64,000 nt of DNA from Dendrobates tinctorius (taxonomy: Eukaryota): NCBI RefSeq assembly GCF_039654945.1, contig NW_027361671.1:91512001-91576000 (forward strand), in the 5' to 3' direction. Of this stretch, positions 1 to 14,777 are shown piece by piece; the first letter of the stretch is position 1; the number at the start of each line of letters is the position of its first letter. Both the position numbers and the translations under genes were made by a program. The notes under the pieces are model-generated. The model saw only the letters and a program-made list of their open reading frames with translations. It was not told the DNA's origin and did not search any database.

Positions 1-519
1 TATATATAAAGATATAGACCTATAGTACTTAACTATCAATGAGAGCCACCAATGCTATATGTGTTCTCATTTGTTTTTAATACCTTGGGGAATAGGTTCT
101 CTTTAGTTATAGGTGTGACCTATGTATAGTATTAGGGGTCCCTTTATGTATCTACATACAGAGACTTTTTCAGTGACTGTAGGGTGTATCTTGGGATCCT
201 AGGGATAGCCATCGTGGAGCGAGGGCACCAAAACGCTCCCCCAGGGTGCCACCCCCCGCAGTCAGGAAGGTGCAAGCTTAGGCACAGTACTAGGGATTCC
301 TAGGATGCTCCCAGTGTGTTTTTTGCTTTGGTTTTCACAGTGTGTTTGTTTTTGTGGTATGACCCACTGGTTGGTGGATTTTTAATGAGTATAAATAAAA
401 TATATATCTTTTATTGGGTTTCTACATGATTTTTGTTTTCAAAATTTGAAACCCTTGGATTTAAATATACAAAATTCATAATTCTAGTCAGTGTAATCAC
501 CCAAGTAGTGAAGCACCTT

Positions 520-655
520 TGGACCTTATCCACCCGAAAGACTGTAATTAGTAGTAGTGGATAGATTTAGTAAGATAGCACACTTCACTGCATTACCTGC
601 TCTCACTAATGCTAAGATTTTAGCTCAAGTGTTTGTCACTGAGATTGTAAAGCTT
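520..655 (+). pseudogene. Gypsy integrase fragment
   Basis: Manual translation gives VVVDRFSKIAHFTALPALTNAKILAQVFVTEIVKL, the rve core start. Confidence 0.7.
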
Positions 656-725
656 CCTTCTCCAGCATTCTTCCTCATCATCTGACGTCTCAGCGCAGAG
701 GGCATGACATTGTTGTGGCCATAAT

Positions 726-1075
726 TGTTATGATTGGGTCACCGAGGAGGATAGCAGGCCCAGGCTAAGCCACAGAAAACCAGAGAGGTTGGTAACTAAG
801 CGTATTGCAGACCCCTGATCTTATCCACACATCTAGCAGTAGCCGTGGAGCGTGCCTACGATGATCCTAGACGCCTCGGCACAGCCAGAGAACTAACTAA
901 GCCTAAAGCAAGAAGGGGGAAATCTAAACTTCCCCAGAGCAGACCCCAAAGGAATAGATAGCCCCCAAACATATATTGTCGGTGAGACAAGATAAAAACA
1001 CAAACGCAGGCAGGAAAATAGACTGAGCAAATCATGGGGCCCACATTGACAAGACAGGACAGGAAAGGAAATACA
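726..1075 (-). mobile_element. Partial Gypsy LTR (3' part), same family as LTR 54430-55228
   Basis: Reverse complement aligns by eye with ~54880-55228 and ends in the same ...CATAACA terminus. Confidence 0.75.
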
Positions 1076-3599
1076 CTGTTTGCAATCACGCAAAAAACCC
1101 TGCGAAATGTCCAACACGTCTGATGCAAAAAATACTGAAGTCGCACAACTTTGCCCACTATATCAGCACTCTGTGTTAGGAGTCGGATTCCTGCGTTTAC
1201 TCAGCAGGGATCCAGATCCTTACATTCTGCACTTTCCTCCTATTTTTCCACTGCAGAGGAGATTGCAGAGGAGATTGCCTTGCAGCAAACCTCTCCTGAG
1301 GCTAAGTCCTTCTGTCCTCTTACTGGGCAGTTGGGGGAATCACACTGTGTTGGCGTCATCATACTTGTGCATGTAGAGGATACTGTGGAGGAAGTCACTG
1401 TGGGGTTATTATATAGTGTTTGCGTGACACTTTTGTTGGGGAATATAGGGTTTCAGTAGGAGGAAGATTACTTTGTAAAGACTGCAAAGTTATGAGATAC
1501 GTTCTTCTGTGACGATGCTGACTATATTTTTTTTGGGGGGAGCAGGGCCCAATTAGAACTTCTGCTACAGGGCCCCATAATTTCTATGTATGTGCCTGCT
1601 CAATCTGCCTCATTATAGTGAATGGTTCTGTCTGAATCACATTTTTGGGGATTTACATGGAAACCCCGATGTGGACGCTCAGTGCAGAGCGCAGGATAAA
1701 TGTGAACTGGGCCTTATTATGATTTTTGGGAGACAGAATGAACAAATCAACAGCAGTTCGAGAATTTTTTTGATTTTTTTAAGTGATAGTACAGCTTTAT
1801 TTTACGGGTCAATATAATTACAGCAATAACACATTTATATAGTTTGTTATGCTTTTCTACTTTTGCACGGTATGAATAATTTTTTTTTAGAAGAAAGAAT
1901 CACTTGGTTTTGCATCGTTATATTCTGAGAGATCATTTTTTTTATTTGTCCGCCAACAGAGCTCTATGAGGACCTGATTTTTGCTGGACAAAATTACATT
2001 TTCAGTAACTTCAGTAAACACCTATGCTAAAAAAACACATCATTCAAAGGTGCTTTTGAATTCTGGATGAAGTCTTCTGAGCTTTTAACATACAATTCCG
2101 ATATTGTGTTAATCTCTTAAGCTTCTATGATGTAGCGGAGCTGTACCTGTGTGATCACCTCAGGAGCATAAAGTTGAATGACAACCGCGGTTAATATATA
2201 TTGCAGTTCTTGGTTGTGTTTTAGTTACATTTTTCTATTGCAATTCATGCGATTCTATAAGGAATCTTGGAATCACATAATGTATGAATCACGTAACTTT
2301 TATGTGAAAGAAGCAAAACTCTGCAAACCGACAAACGCAGCTACAAAACGTATTTAAAAAGTGCATAAAAAAAACTGTAAAAAAAATGGAGTCAGAGAGT
2401 TTTTCTGCCATAAAGTAGAATAAACACAAATCTTTTCCTGTTATTTAGAAACCTATTAATGTCATCATGTTAAAATATATTAATATATATCACACCAGGG
2501 TTACAAAAAATCAATTTTCTGCTCCATATTTGGAATATAAAAATAGAATTCAGTTATACAAGGGATACCAGCAGTGCCAGATGGACCATATTGACTTGTA
2601 GTGGTGTTACAAAATTTTTGTTATAGTGTCAGTAATAATTTTTGTAATAATAGTGCTGCATGCTGCTCTATTTGTTTTGATAATAATGAATAAATACACA
2701 TTAGAGCCAAGGCATGAACATGCAAGCCTTACCTAAGAACGTTACCATAGAAGAAACTGCAATGGCACTCCAAGAATAATCATCCTTCACAGTATCCTTA
2801 CAACGAAAAAACTAAATGTCTAATGACGTTAATCGATGTAGCTGGTGTCTTGGTGTCAAATGGTGCATCCCATAGAGCAAAGCCAAATGCAAAAAAAACC
2901 TGCATAATAATGCATTCTGTGATTGCATGCCTCTTGCAAATATCCCAATGGCCATATGAGAAAATGATTGCACCTATACATGTATTGCTACAGTGAATCT
3001 AATAAATACCTGTAGTAAGAAAGCTGCAGTGCTCTCCAAGAGTTACTGTCCAAGTCCTAAAGGGAACCTGTAATGCTGAATATGGGATCTGATCAGATTT
3101 GATCTGTCAGCATCATGGTATAAATCAAAAGGAGCTGTGATGGTTAATATATAGTTTTGTAGAAAAAGATTCAGTTTTAACTTGTAATTTTTTTTTATTT
3201 TAATTTCTGCACTTTTTGGGCTTAGGAGTCCAGTTGGAGGTTCTACTCAGGGGCTGACATACCGCGTGTGTAGCCAGTGCACCTGCACTGGGGCCCAGAG
3301 GTGGAGGGGAGCCCCTGCAGAGCGGCTAAAACTGAGGGCAATCTGGCCTCCGGGAGGCCCCTGGCCAGATTGTCCTCATGTGCGGCGGGCAGGGAGCAAT
3401 CCCTGTAGCTCCGCTGCCTACAAGATAAAATGGAAATGGAGCAGAGCTGCAGGGATCCGTCCTGTTTCTTGCATGCGCTTCCTGTCTGACACAGCATTCA
3501 GCGCGCAACTGTGTCAGAGAGAAAGCTGCCAGAGACGAAGATGCTCCGGCTGCAGGGAACGTGCCGAGAGGTGAGTTGTGCTGTGTGTGTGTGTGTGTG

Positions 3600-4310
3600 T
3601 AGATGGTGGAGAAGGCAATGATGGGGTGGTGTGAGAGGAAGTAATGATAGAGGTGATGGAAAAGGCAATGATGGAGGTTATGGGGGAAAGGGCAATCATG
3701 GGTTGATGGGGGAGAAAGCAATGATGGAGGTGATAGAAAGGGCAATGATGGGAGTGGTGGGGGAGAAGGCATTGATAGAGGTGGTGGAAAGGGCAAACAT
3801 GGAGGTGGTGGAAAGGGTAATGATGGGGTGGAGGGGGAGAAGGCAATGATGGAGGTGGTGGAGAGTGAAATGATTGAGGTGGTGGGGAGAAAGCATTGAT
3901 AAAGGTGGTGGAAAGGGAAGTGATGTTGTGGTTGGAAGAAAGCAATGATATAGGTGGTGGAAACTGCAACAATGGTGATGGTGGGGGAGAAGGCAATGAT
4001 GGAGGTGGTGGAAAGGGCAATGATATGGGTGGTGGGGAGAAGGCAATGATGGAAGTGGTGGAGAGGACAATGATGGGGTGGAGGGGGAGAAAAATGATGG
4101 AGGTGGTGGAGAGGGCAATGATGGAGGTGATGGAGAGGGCAATGAAGAGGTGGTGGAGAGGGTAATGATGGGGTGGTGGAGAGGGCAATGATGGGGTGGT
4201 GGAGAGGGCAATGAGAGGGGTGGTGGAGAAGGCAATGATGGAGGTGGTGGGGGAGAACATTGATTGGGGTTGGTGGAGAAGGCAATGATGGAGGTGGGGT
4301 AAATGGCAAT
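3600..4310. repeat. Purine-rich minisatellite, ~21-24-bp unit (GATGGAGGTGGTGGAGAGGGCAAT-like)
   Basis: Directly visible tandem units; source of the Pro/His/Ser-rich spurious ORFs. Confidence 0.85.
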
Positions 4311-4971
4311 GATAGGATGCGGGGGGAAGGAGGATAATGAGGGATGTTAGGGATTGGGATTGGAGGAAGGGGGATAGATAATGGATACATGAACAGGGGG
4401 AGGAGGACGTTAGATATGGATGTAAAATGTATTGGGTGGTGGAGGAGGGTGCTAAGCCCCTGATAGTGTCCTCCTCCATCTCACAATTCATTGTGATGCT
4501 ATCGGGGAGTGAAAGAGGAGGCGATAAGGTGCATAGGACCCTTTATAATGAACTGAAAAGTGGGAGAAGACTCTGTCAGGGATTTGTAATAAATTGAGAG
4601 GTGGCGGAGGATGCTCAGAACCTGAGCATCATAATAAATTTGAAGGTGGGAGAAGAAGCTAAGAAGGACTTGCAATGAATGGGGGGACACAGGACAGGCA
4701 CTATGGCTATGTGCACACATTCAGGATTTGCAGGAGAAAATTCTGCTGCATGTCTTAATGTGTTGGCTGGAAGAAAGTTGTGTAAAATACATTTATTTTT
4801 TTTCCACATTTTGCCAAGTTGTTGTTATTTATTTTTCCCCATTAGTACGGGTGAAATACGCTGCAGGAATTGACATTATGTAGATTTTAATCTGCTGCAA
4901 ATCTGCAAGGTACAAATAAGCAGCGTGTGATTGAGACTTCAGGGATTTCATTCACTTTTCCTAGACTGTGA

Positions 4972-5327
4972 GGCTACGTGCACATGCTGCGGATTGGGGT
5001 GCGGATTTGGCCATGCGGATTTTGTAAAATCCGCAGGTAAATCTGCAGGTCAAAAGACCTGCGGTTTTACCCGAGGATTGCTCTGCGGTTTTGCCCTGCG
5101 GTTTTTCAGGAGATGGCAAACCGCAGCGGAATCCGCAGAAAGAATTGACATGTCAATTCTTTCTGCGGTTTCGAAACCGCGCGGAAAAATCCGCACCGTC
5201 TGCACTGCGGTTTTGTATTCCCATAGGGAATAATGGTACTGTACACCGCAGCAAAAACTGCTGCGGACCCGCAGCGGCCAAATCCGCTGCGGAACCGCAG
5301 CAGAATCCGCAGCGTGTGCACACACCC
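4972..5327. mobile_element. Harbinger-type MITE
   Basis: TIRs GGCTACGTGCACATGCTGCGGATT / AATCCGCAGCGTGTGCACACACCC, palindromic body, TGA/TTA flanks. Confidence 0.75.
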
Positions 5328-5497
5328 TTAGATGTATAACGCAATGACTGGTAATAGAGAATGGGAAAGCTTCTTTTCTAATGGAGGAGTTGATGGACTG
5401 ATCATCTGGTCACCGACTGCTCTATCAGCAGTCATTTTATATCTAACAAGAGAGGGGACTATGTAATAATAAAACAAACAAGAATAACCTACGTTAA

Positions 5498-5890
5498 GGC
5501 CCCGTCACACTAAGCGATATCGCTAGCAATATCGCTGTAACGTCACTGGTTTTGTGACGCAGCAGCGATATTGCTAGCGATATCGCTATGTGTGAATGTG
5601 TGATACTTACCTCCGACCGGCTCCCCCCCCGCTGTCTGTCGCTGATCGCGCGAGAACGGCCTGGGCTGTTTCTCGCCGTCAGCTTCCTGTGGCGCCGACG
5701 AGCGACGCGTGGACGCGGGCGGGACGACGTCAGGATCGCCTCGTCTGACAGGTAAGTAGTGACCCCCGACCGCTGCTATGTCGCTGGTGAGATCTGCCTT
5801 TGTGGCAGCTCACTAGCGACCACTTAGCGATGCATCAGCGATCCATATCGTTGTCGGGATCGCTGGTGCATCGCTAAGTGTGACAGTACC
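5498..5890. mobile_element. Harbinger-type MITE
   Basis: TIRs GGCCCCGTCACACTAAGCGA / TCGCTAAGTGTGACAGTACC with TAA/TTA flanks. Confidence 0.75.
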
Positions 5891-6303
5891 TTAACAAGAG
5901 AGAACGGTATGTAATAAAGACAGGGCTCCACACACATGGTCAAAATTGTTGATACCCCTTGCTTAATGACAGAAAAACCCACAATGGTCACAGAAATAAC
6001 ATGAATCTGACAAAAGTAATAATAAATAAAAAATCTATGAAAATTAACAAATGAAAGTCAGACATTGCTTTTTAACCATGCTTCTTCAGAATTTTTTAAA
6101 AAAAGTAAAACTCATGAAATAGGCCTAGACAGAAATGATGGTATCCCTGAAAATAATGTGACAAAAGGGACATGTTAAATCACGTTGTGTCCACTAATTA
6201 GCATCACAGCTGTCTACAATCTTGGAATCAGTGAGTGGGCCTGTATAGAGGGCTACAGATACTCACTGTGCTGTTTGGTGACATGGTGTGTATCACACTC
6301 AAC

Positions 6304-7327
<1,024 letters not shown>

Positions 7328-8072
7328 GGAAGCTGATGCGAAACGGGCGTCGGGGTTTACCTCTTCACCCTCAGGTATGCATGTGATACTTCACAGGAAG
7401 TTTATTTGCAAGACTATGGGCCATTATGGAAGTGGGCATTGTGCAATAATTGGTGTCTAAATTTCATGGACGCCTGTATACTGGCCTGACACTGGCGCTA
7501 CCAATTGGTATATATTTGATTATACGCCAGCATCTGGGCTAATAGATAAGTGGGCATTGATGCAATAGTATGGTTATGTCAATTTGCTACTATGCGTTAA
7601 CAATTACATATTCCGTGTATTACTATTAGTGTATGCACTTTTTTGGGTATTTACCCTGTATTGGTCTTTGTGACCTCCTTCATATGTACAACATGCACGG
7701 TATATGTATTTTATTTTAACATTTTTTGCGAGTATATCTATGCAAAATAGTAAATGACTATGCACAATGCACCTAGATATGCACATGGCACTTTATTCTA
7801 TCTGCTCTGCTTTCATTTTTAGTGGGTTATAGTTGGAGCCTTTTACTAACATAGTTTATGTGATATTACTGCTGATTGACTCTACTGAGCATATGTACAA
7901 TTTTTTTGGGCTCCTTATTATGTGGCCCATTGATGTATATCCATGTTCTCTATTGGGTGATGTTCACACCTGTTTGTTTCTTCTCCTTGTTGATGCTATA
8001 TGGGCTTTAATAAAATTTATTGCATTTATTTTCATCTCTGATGCGCCTTATTTCTTTGGTTTTGGTATTTAT
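7328..8072 (+). mobile_element. Penelope pLTR-like insertion flanked by a 129-bp direct duplication
   Basis: 7199-7327 is repeated at 8073-8201; the insert starts with a hammerhead 3' half (GGAAGC-TGAT-GC-GAAAC-GGGC-GTC) and has AATAAA near its end. Confidence 0.55.
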
Positions 8073-8536
8073 AAGACATCTGGAGCAGTTTGCTCTTGAG
8101 GAGTAGAACAAAATATCTGTCAAGAGGTGCAGAAGTCTCATTGACAGTTACAGGAATCATTTGATTGCAGTGATTGCCTCAAAAGGTTGTGCAAAAAAAT
8201 ATTAAGTTAAGGGTACCATCAGTTCTGTCCAGGCCTATTTCATGAGTTTTATTTTTTTAAAATTCTATGGAAGCATGGTTGGAAAGCAATGTTTGACTTT
8301 TGTTTGCTCATTTTCATAGATTTTTGATTTATTATTACTTTTGTCAGATTCAAGTTATTTCTGTCACCATTGTGGGCTTTTCTGTCATTAAACGAGGGGT
8401 ACCAACAATTTTGACGTGTATACATAATCCGATATGTAAGGGATGGTGCTGTACATAACAAGAGAGGGCACTGTGTAGTAAGGGATGGCAATATACATAA
8501 TAAAGGAGACTGTAATATATATATGTGTGTGTGTGG

Positions 8537-8589
<53 letters not shown>

Positions 8590-9360
8590 GTTTTGGCGCC
8601 ATAAAAGAAGGGGGACCCAGACACATTTTTTGCACAGGGGCCCCAAGCTGTCAGTGTCTGTCCATGGTTCTACTTATTGACTGAGCGCTTTCTCTCATTG
8701 CACTATATACAAGAAAGGATTAATTAAGTAAAACTAACCAATGAATATGATACCTCGTGAAAATTCTAACTCAATTTAAAGGACTGCTAAACTATTAATT
8801 TTAGCTGGTGTAAGCAGAATTCCAGCTAGTAACATCAGGAAATAGGGCTCATGATATTGCTCATTCAAAAGTGCATGAGCACCAAGAAAGCGGCTCTGCA
8901 ATGGGACACAGGGGCACAACAATAGCTGGTATAGGGGTTGCAGTTACACCTGGGTCCTGGAACTTTTAGGCAAATGGTAGTGTATACAGTATATTTGAAT
9001 TATGATGTATCGATCACCAAGATCTTCATCGGATTACACAGATTCCATAGTGAGTATACATGTGAGAATGACAATCTGTGTGATCTGATTAAGGTCTTGG
9101 TAACCGAAATGTCAAAATATAATGTCAAAATATATATGTACTGGATTGCAATAAAAATTATAACCATTGTTGAACACTAAAGGAGTGCAGCAGTACTTTC
9201 TGGCTTGTGAATTTAGGAGTGGCATCCTACCCGTGCACTCTCATAGTATTCCAAGTAGAGTGATGTTTATTTTCCTAACTGGAGCTTAGCTGGGCCCAAT
9301 AGATCCCTATGGCCCATATGAGAACACCAATCAATGATATTTGGAGGCTCATGAGCTTAA

Positions 9361-9665
9361 AGGGGTTGTCCAGTCTTCTGCTAAAAGTCTGCAGTAACTC
9401 TATATGACTGCAGACTTCTGAATCTTTACAGTGCGCACACCACTTGCTGTCAGTATTCTTCCGTATTTTCAGCAATTTGTATACTGTTGGCCACATTCCA
9501 ACTAGGCATGCTTAGTCTCGCTCAGTCACTTCTACTGAGCAAAGCTGAGTAGGCATGTGATCCCATGTATGCAAATCTCATGATTGTGGTCATGTGACTA
9601 TCCACCATCACCAGCAATACCAGAGAAATGACTGCAGACTTTTTTCAGAAGATTGGACAACCCCT
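9361..9665. mobile_element. Kolobok/T2-type MITE
   Basis: TIRs AGGGGTTGTCCA / TGGACAACCCCT, TTAA on both sides. Confidence 0.8.
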
Positions 9666-10489
9666 TTAAAATTACACCACTGGTGAAACACAATTTACAA
9701 ATCTGTAAGTTTTCATAGTGCTGACAATACATACTCAGGGAGTAGCTCTGAGTGGATTATTTGTGTGCCCATAACTTATTATCACATGATTACTTTTCAC
9801 CCTACGGCTGTGTTACAAGCTGATAAAAGCTTTAGAAGATACCAGAGATTTCTGAATGCTCCCTCTAAGCATTGGTGCTTGCAATGCTACAAACTTTGCA
9901 CTTATTCCCTGCTCAGTTTCACTCACCCCTTATCCTGCCATTTGTGAATTTCCGTCCTTACATGAACCCAGCTACACCCTGTTTGCTGGATCTCATTTAT
10001 TTTTCCTTCAGTTTTTGCCTTAACCCAATCTTGTCTCTGCGTATATTCAGATAGAGTATGGCGTTAATACAAAACTTCTGGTATTCAAACGAAAAATTCA
10101 TTCAATTTACGAAACACAGAATAAGGCGGAATAAAATAAAGGAGACAGTTTCTGAAATGTTTATCAAAAATCTGCCAAAAATAATCAGCCGGGCCTGCCC
10201 ACACAAAGCCAGATTATGTTTCAAATAGCTTGTCAAACTGTGAGTCATCTAGATTAACGCTTTCTCTTTCTTAAAGGGAATGTGTTCTAAAAAATTGACC
10301 TAATTTTAATATCACATTTCTATTTTAAACATAACTTTCATGCTGTTTGTTTCATGTCACTATCTATATTATAATTTTTGATCCGACCCAAGAGCATAAT
10401 ATTAGACCAGTGTTTCACAAACTCCAGCCCTCATGGCCCCCAACAGATCATGTTTTCAGGATTTTCTTGGTATTGCACTAATATTTGTT

Positions 10490-11235
10490 GTGCAATTTCT
10501 CCTGAATACGCCGATACCCCATACCATATGTGGGGGTAAACCACGGTTTGGGCGCACGGCAGGGCTTGGAACGGAAGGAGCACCGTTTGACTTTTTCAAT
10601 GCAGAATTGGCTAGAATTGAGATCGAACGCAATGTCGCGTTTGGAGAGCCCCTGATGTGCATAAACAGTGGAAACCCCAACAAGTGGCACCATTTTGGAA
10701 ACTAGACCCCTTAAGTAACTTATCTAGATGTGTTGTGAGCACACTGAACCCCTAAGTGCTTCACAGAAGTTTATAACGAAGAGCCGTGAAAATAAGAAAT
10801 CATCTTTTTTCCACAAAAATGATTTTTAGCCCGCAATTTTTTATTTTCACTAGGGTAACAGGAGAAATTAGATCCCAAAAGTTGTTGTCCAATTTGTCCT
10901 GCATACCCTGGTATCCCATATGTGGGGGGAAACCACTTTTTGGGTACACGTCGGGGCTCGAAAGGGAAGTAGTGAAGCTTTGGAATGCAGACTTTGATGT
11001 AATGGTCTGCGGGTGTCATGTTGCATTTGCATAGCCCTTGATGTGCCTAACAGTAGAAACCCCCTACATATGACCCCATTTTGGAAACTAGACCCCCCAA
11101 GGAGCTTATCTAGATGCGTGATGAGCTCTTTGAACCCCCAAGTTCTTCACAGAAGTTTATAACGCAGAACAGTGAAAATAAAAAATCTTTTTTTTTCCCC
11201 AAAAATAATTTTTTAGCAAACAATTTTTTATTTTC
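10490..11235. repeat. Internal ~390-bp tandem repeats of a piggyBac-type non-autonomous element
   Basis: Recurrent TTTTGGAAACTAGACCCC unit, the same as in 55229-56810 and, reversed, in 13590-14150. Confidence 0.7.
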
Positions 11236-11252
11236 CTTCTGGGTCTTTTTGG

Positions 11253-11521
11253 TTGCAGAATGTTCTTAAGGATATTGTCTGTAAATGCTATGCCAGGGCT
11301 AAAGCCTCGACTCAAGCTCCAGCGGGTAATCTCTTGCCTAACGAGGTTCCGTCACAGCCCTGGACTCAATTGTCCATGGATTTTACCACCCATTTGCCCA
11401 ACTCTGGCTGTAATACAGTAGTGTTGGTGGTGGTGGACCAGTTTAGGAAGATGGTTCATTTGTCTCCACTTCAAAAATTGCCAGCTGCTAAGAGTTTAGC
11501 AACCTTGTTCATTTCTCAAGT
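11253..11521 (+). pseudogene. Gypsy integrase fragment
   Basis: C-x2-x...PWTQLSMDF...VVVDQFRKMVHL integrase motifs in the ORF track. Confidence 0.75.
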
Positions 11522-11592
11522 ACAGTGACATGTAAAAGTTTGGGCACTCTAAAAGGCCTAAAGTTAAAGATGAGACATTTTCCTTGTATTTT

Positions 11593-11662
<70 letters not shown>

Positions 11663-12759
11663 CGTACTTTTCAGATTATAAGACACTCCGGATTATAAAT
11701 TTTGAGGAGAAAGAATTTTTTTTTAAATAAAATGGTGGTGCTTCTTATAATCCTTGCGTCTTATTGCTTAACAGGGGTGGTGGCTGCGGTGAAGGTGGGT
11801 CCCAGGGTCGCTGCTGGGGGAGGCAGGAGTGGGGTGATGCTGCAGGCCGCAAGCTGGGATGAGGGAGTGTTCTGATGTGCGGAGCGCCACTGCGGGTGTC
11901 TGGTGCTGCTGCAGGTGTCCAGCGCTGCTGCTCATGTCTCTAGTGCTGCGGGTGCCCGGCGGGGCTATGGGGGTGTCTGGCACCGTGGGGGTGTCAGGCT
12001 GCACTGCCCAGTGTTGCTGCGGTGTCTACGGTGCTGCCGGAGCTCTGCTGACCTTTTGTAAAAGGCTAGAGCCCCGGAAGTTCCATGGTTTCCTGTGCGG
12101 TGGACTCCAGGAAAATGGCCTCTGGGGGCAGCGCATGCGCAGATGGAGATCTCGGCACCAAGATCTCAGGTGATGAGATTTCAGTCCTGAAATCTTGGCA
12201 GAGTGGCCTTTCAGCCCATGTTGATTCAGTACTCATTTCACTCTGGATATTGACACAATCTTACCAGCTTCCGCCATCATCTTCATGTGGTCTTTTGCTT
12301 TTGTCCTTGGGTTGATATGCACATGTCGGACCAAAGCACATTCATCTCTGGGACATAGAACCCATCTCCTTCCTGAGAGGTATGATGGCTGGATAATCCC
12401 ATCTTGTTTATACTTGCGTATAATTGTTTGTACAGATGAACAAGGCACCTTCAGGTATCTTGAAATTGTACCTACGGATGAGCCAGACTTGTGCAATTCC
12501 ACAGTTATCTTCCTAATATCTTGACTGATTTCTTTAGACTTTCTCATGATGCTACACAAAGAAGCAGTGTGTTTCAGGTGTGCATTAAAATACATCCACA
12601 GATGTCTCTAAATAACTCATATGTTGACAAAAAAAGCAGAAATCAGAATCTTCCAAACACATGACATTATCATATGGGCAGTCCAGAATTGCTTAAAGGC
12701 ATAGTAATATTAGTGTATGTAAACTTTTAACTTTGCAGTAAGTAATAAAAATGCCTTAA

Positions 12760-14777
12760 CCCCTTAACGACTGCCGATACGCTTTTTAACCACAGTTTAA
12801 ACCACAGTGCCATTAATTAACGGCGCTGAGAAAAAAGTGTATAGCGCCCCCAGAGTCAGAATTTCTCTGGGGTCTCGGCTACCAGGGGTAGCCAAGATCC
12901 CAGAGAACATGATTTTGGTTGTTTTTTACCGACTCCGGGGTTGTGATCGCCATTATTAACGGTATAACGGCAACCACAAAAAAGTCAGATTTGCCATTTA
13001 ATTTCTCCTCTGATGTGATTGCACATCAGAGGAAAGAGAAATAGGGTCCCTGATCCCCCTCCGTTGCCTCCCGGTGTCCCTGGGTCCTCCTGCTTCCCAC
13101 TAGGGCCACCAGCGTTTTCTTGCGGTAAGAAAATGGCGGGCGCATGCGCAGTGCACCCGCTGAGATCGGCCGGCACCAGGCAACAATAGGAGATTTTTCC
13201 TATTGGTTCATTTTGATCACTGTGATAGACCCTATCACAGTGATCAAAATAAAAAAAATAGTAAATAAAACCCTCTTTATCACCCCATTAGTTAGGGAAA
13301 AATAATAAAATAAAAAAAAAGTATTTATTTCCATATTACCGTTAGAGTTGGGCTAAAGTAAGGGTTGGAGCTAAAGATAGGGTTAGGGTTGGGGTTAAAG
13401 TTAGGGTTGGGGATAGAGTTGGGGTTACGGTTGGGATTAGGGTTACGGTTGCGATTAGGGTTAGGGTTGGGATTAGGGTTGAGATTAGGGTTAGGGGTGA
13501 GGTGGGGTTAGGGTTGTGGTTAATGTTATGGTTAGGGTTGGGATTAGGGTTAGGGGTGTGTTGAGGTTAGGGTTGGAGTTAGAATTGGTGGGTTTCCACT
13601 GTTTAGGCACACCATGGGCTCTCCAAACAAGCAATGGCGTCCGATCTCATTTCCAGCCAAATCGGCTTTGAAAAAGTCAAACGACGCTACTTCCCTTCCG
13701 AGCTCTGCCGTGCACCCAAACAATGGTTTACCCCCAACTATGGGATATCGGCGTGTTCAGGACAAATTGCACAACAACTTTAGGGTCTAATTTCTCCTGT
13801 TACCCTTGGGAAAATAAAAATTTGGGGGCAAAAAGATTTTTTTTTGGTATAAACCTCTGTGAAGCACTTGGGGTTTCAAATTGCTTACCACACATCTAGA
13901 TAAGTACCTTAGGGGGATCTAGTTTTCAAAATTGTGTTATTGTGGGGTGTTTCCACAGTTTAGGCACATCAGGGGCTCTCCAAAGATGACATGGCGTCCG
14001 ATCTCAATTCTAGCCAATTCTGCATTTAAAAAGTCAAACGATGCTCCTTCCCTTCCGAGCTCTGCCGTGCGCCCAAACAGTGGTTTACCCCCACATATGG
14101 GGTATCGGTGTATTCAGGAGAAATTGCAAAACAAATTTTGTGGCTAATTTTTTCTTTTTATATTTGTGAAAATAAAAAAACTGGCTCTGAAGTAAAATGT
14201 TTGAAAAAAGTTAAATGTTCATTTTTTCCTTCCACATTGCTTCAGTTCCTCTGAAGCCTTTAAAAGGTTAATTAACTTCTTGAATGTGATTTTTAGCACC
14301 CTAACGGGTGCAGTTTTTAGAATGGTGTCACTTTTGGGTATTTTCTGTCATGTACACCCCTCAAAGTGACTTCAAATGTGATGTGGTCCCTAAAAAAATG
14401 GTTTTGTAAATTTTGTTGTAAAAATTAGAAATCACTGGTCAAATTTTAACCCTTAAAACTTACTAACAAAAAAATGTTGTTTCCAAAATTGTGCTGAAGT
14501 AAAGTAGACATGTGGGAAATGTTATTTATTAACTCTGACATATCTCTCTGATTTAAGGGCATAAAAAGTAAAGTTTGAAAATTGTAAAATTTTAAAAATT
14601 TTCACCATATTTCCGCTTTTTTTTATAAATAAATACAATATGTCACGAAAAAATATTCTTAGAATCAGCGGGATCCATTAAAGCGTTCCAGAGTTATATC
14701 CTCATAAAGTGACGGTGGTCAGAATTGTAAAAATTGGCCTGGTCATTAAGTAGCAAATTGGCTCTGTCACTAAGGGG
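12760..14777. mobile_element. Non-autonomous piggyBac-type element
   Basis: CCCCTTAACGAC...GTCACTAAGGGG termini, TTAA TSD (12756-12759, 14778-14781), internal degenerate (TTAGGG)n and 390-bp repeats. Confidence 0.8.
13340..13590 (+). repeat. Degenerate telomere-like (TTAGGG)n array
   Basis: Directly visible; internal to the transposon. Confidence 0.85.

Noticed and set aside
3326-4491. Long Pro/His/Ser-rich ORFs (354 aa, 325 aa)
   Set aside because: They are translations of a purine-rich minisatellite that is open in several frames.
4320-4680. Possible L2/CR1 LINE remnant
   Set aside because: Only vague resemblance, with no diagnostic motif.
13340-13590. True telomere or chromosome fusion site
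   Set aside because: Degenerate, short and embedded in a TTAA-flanked transposon.
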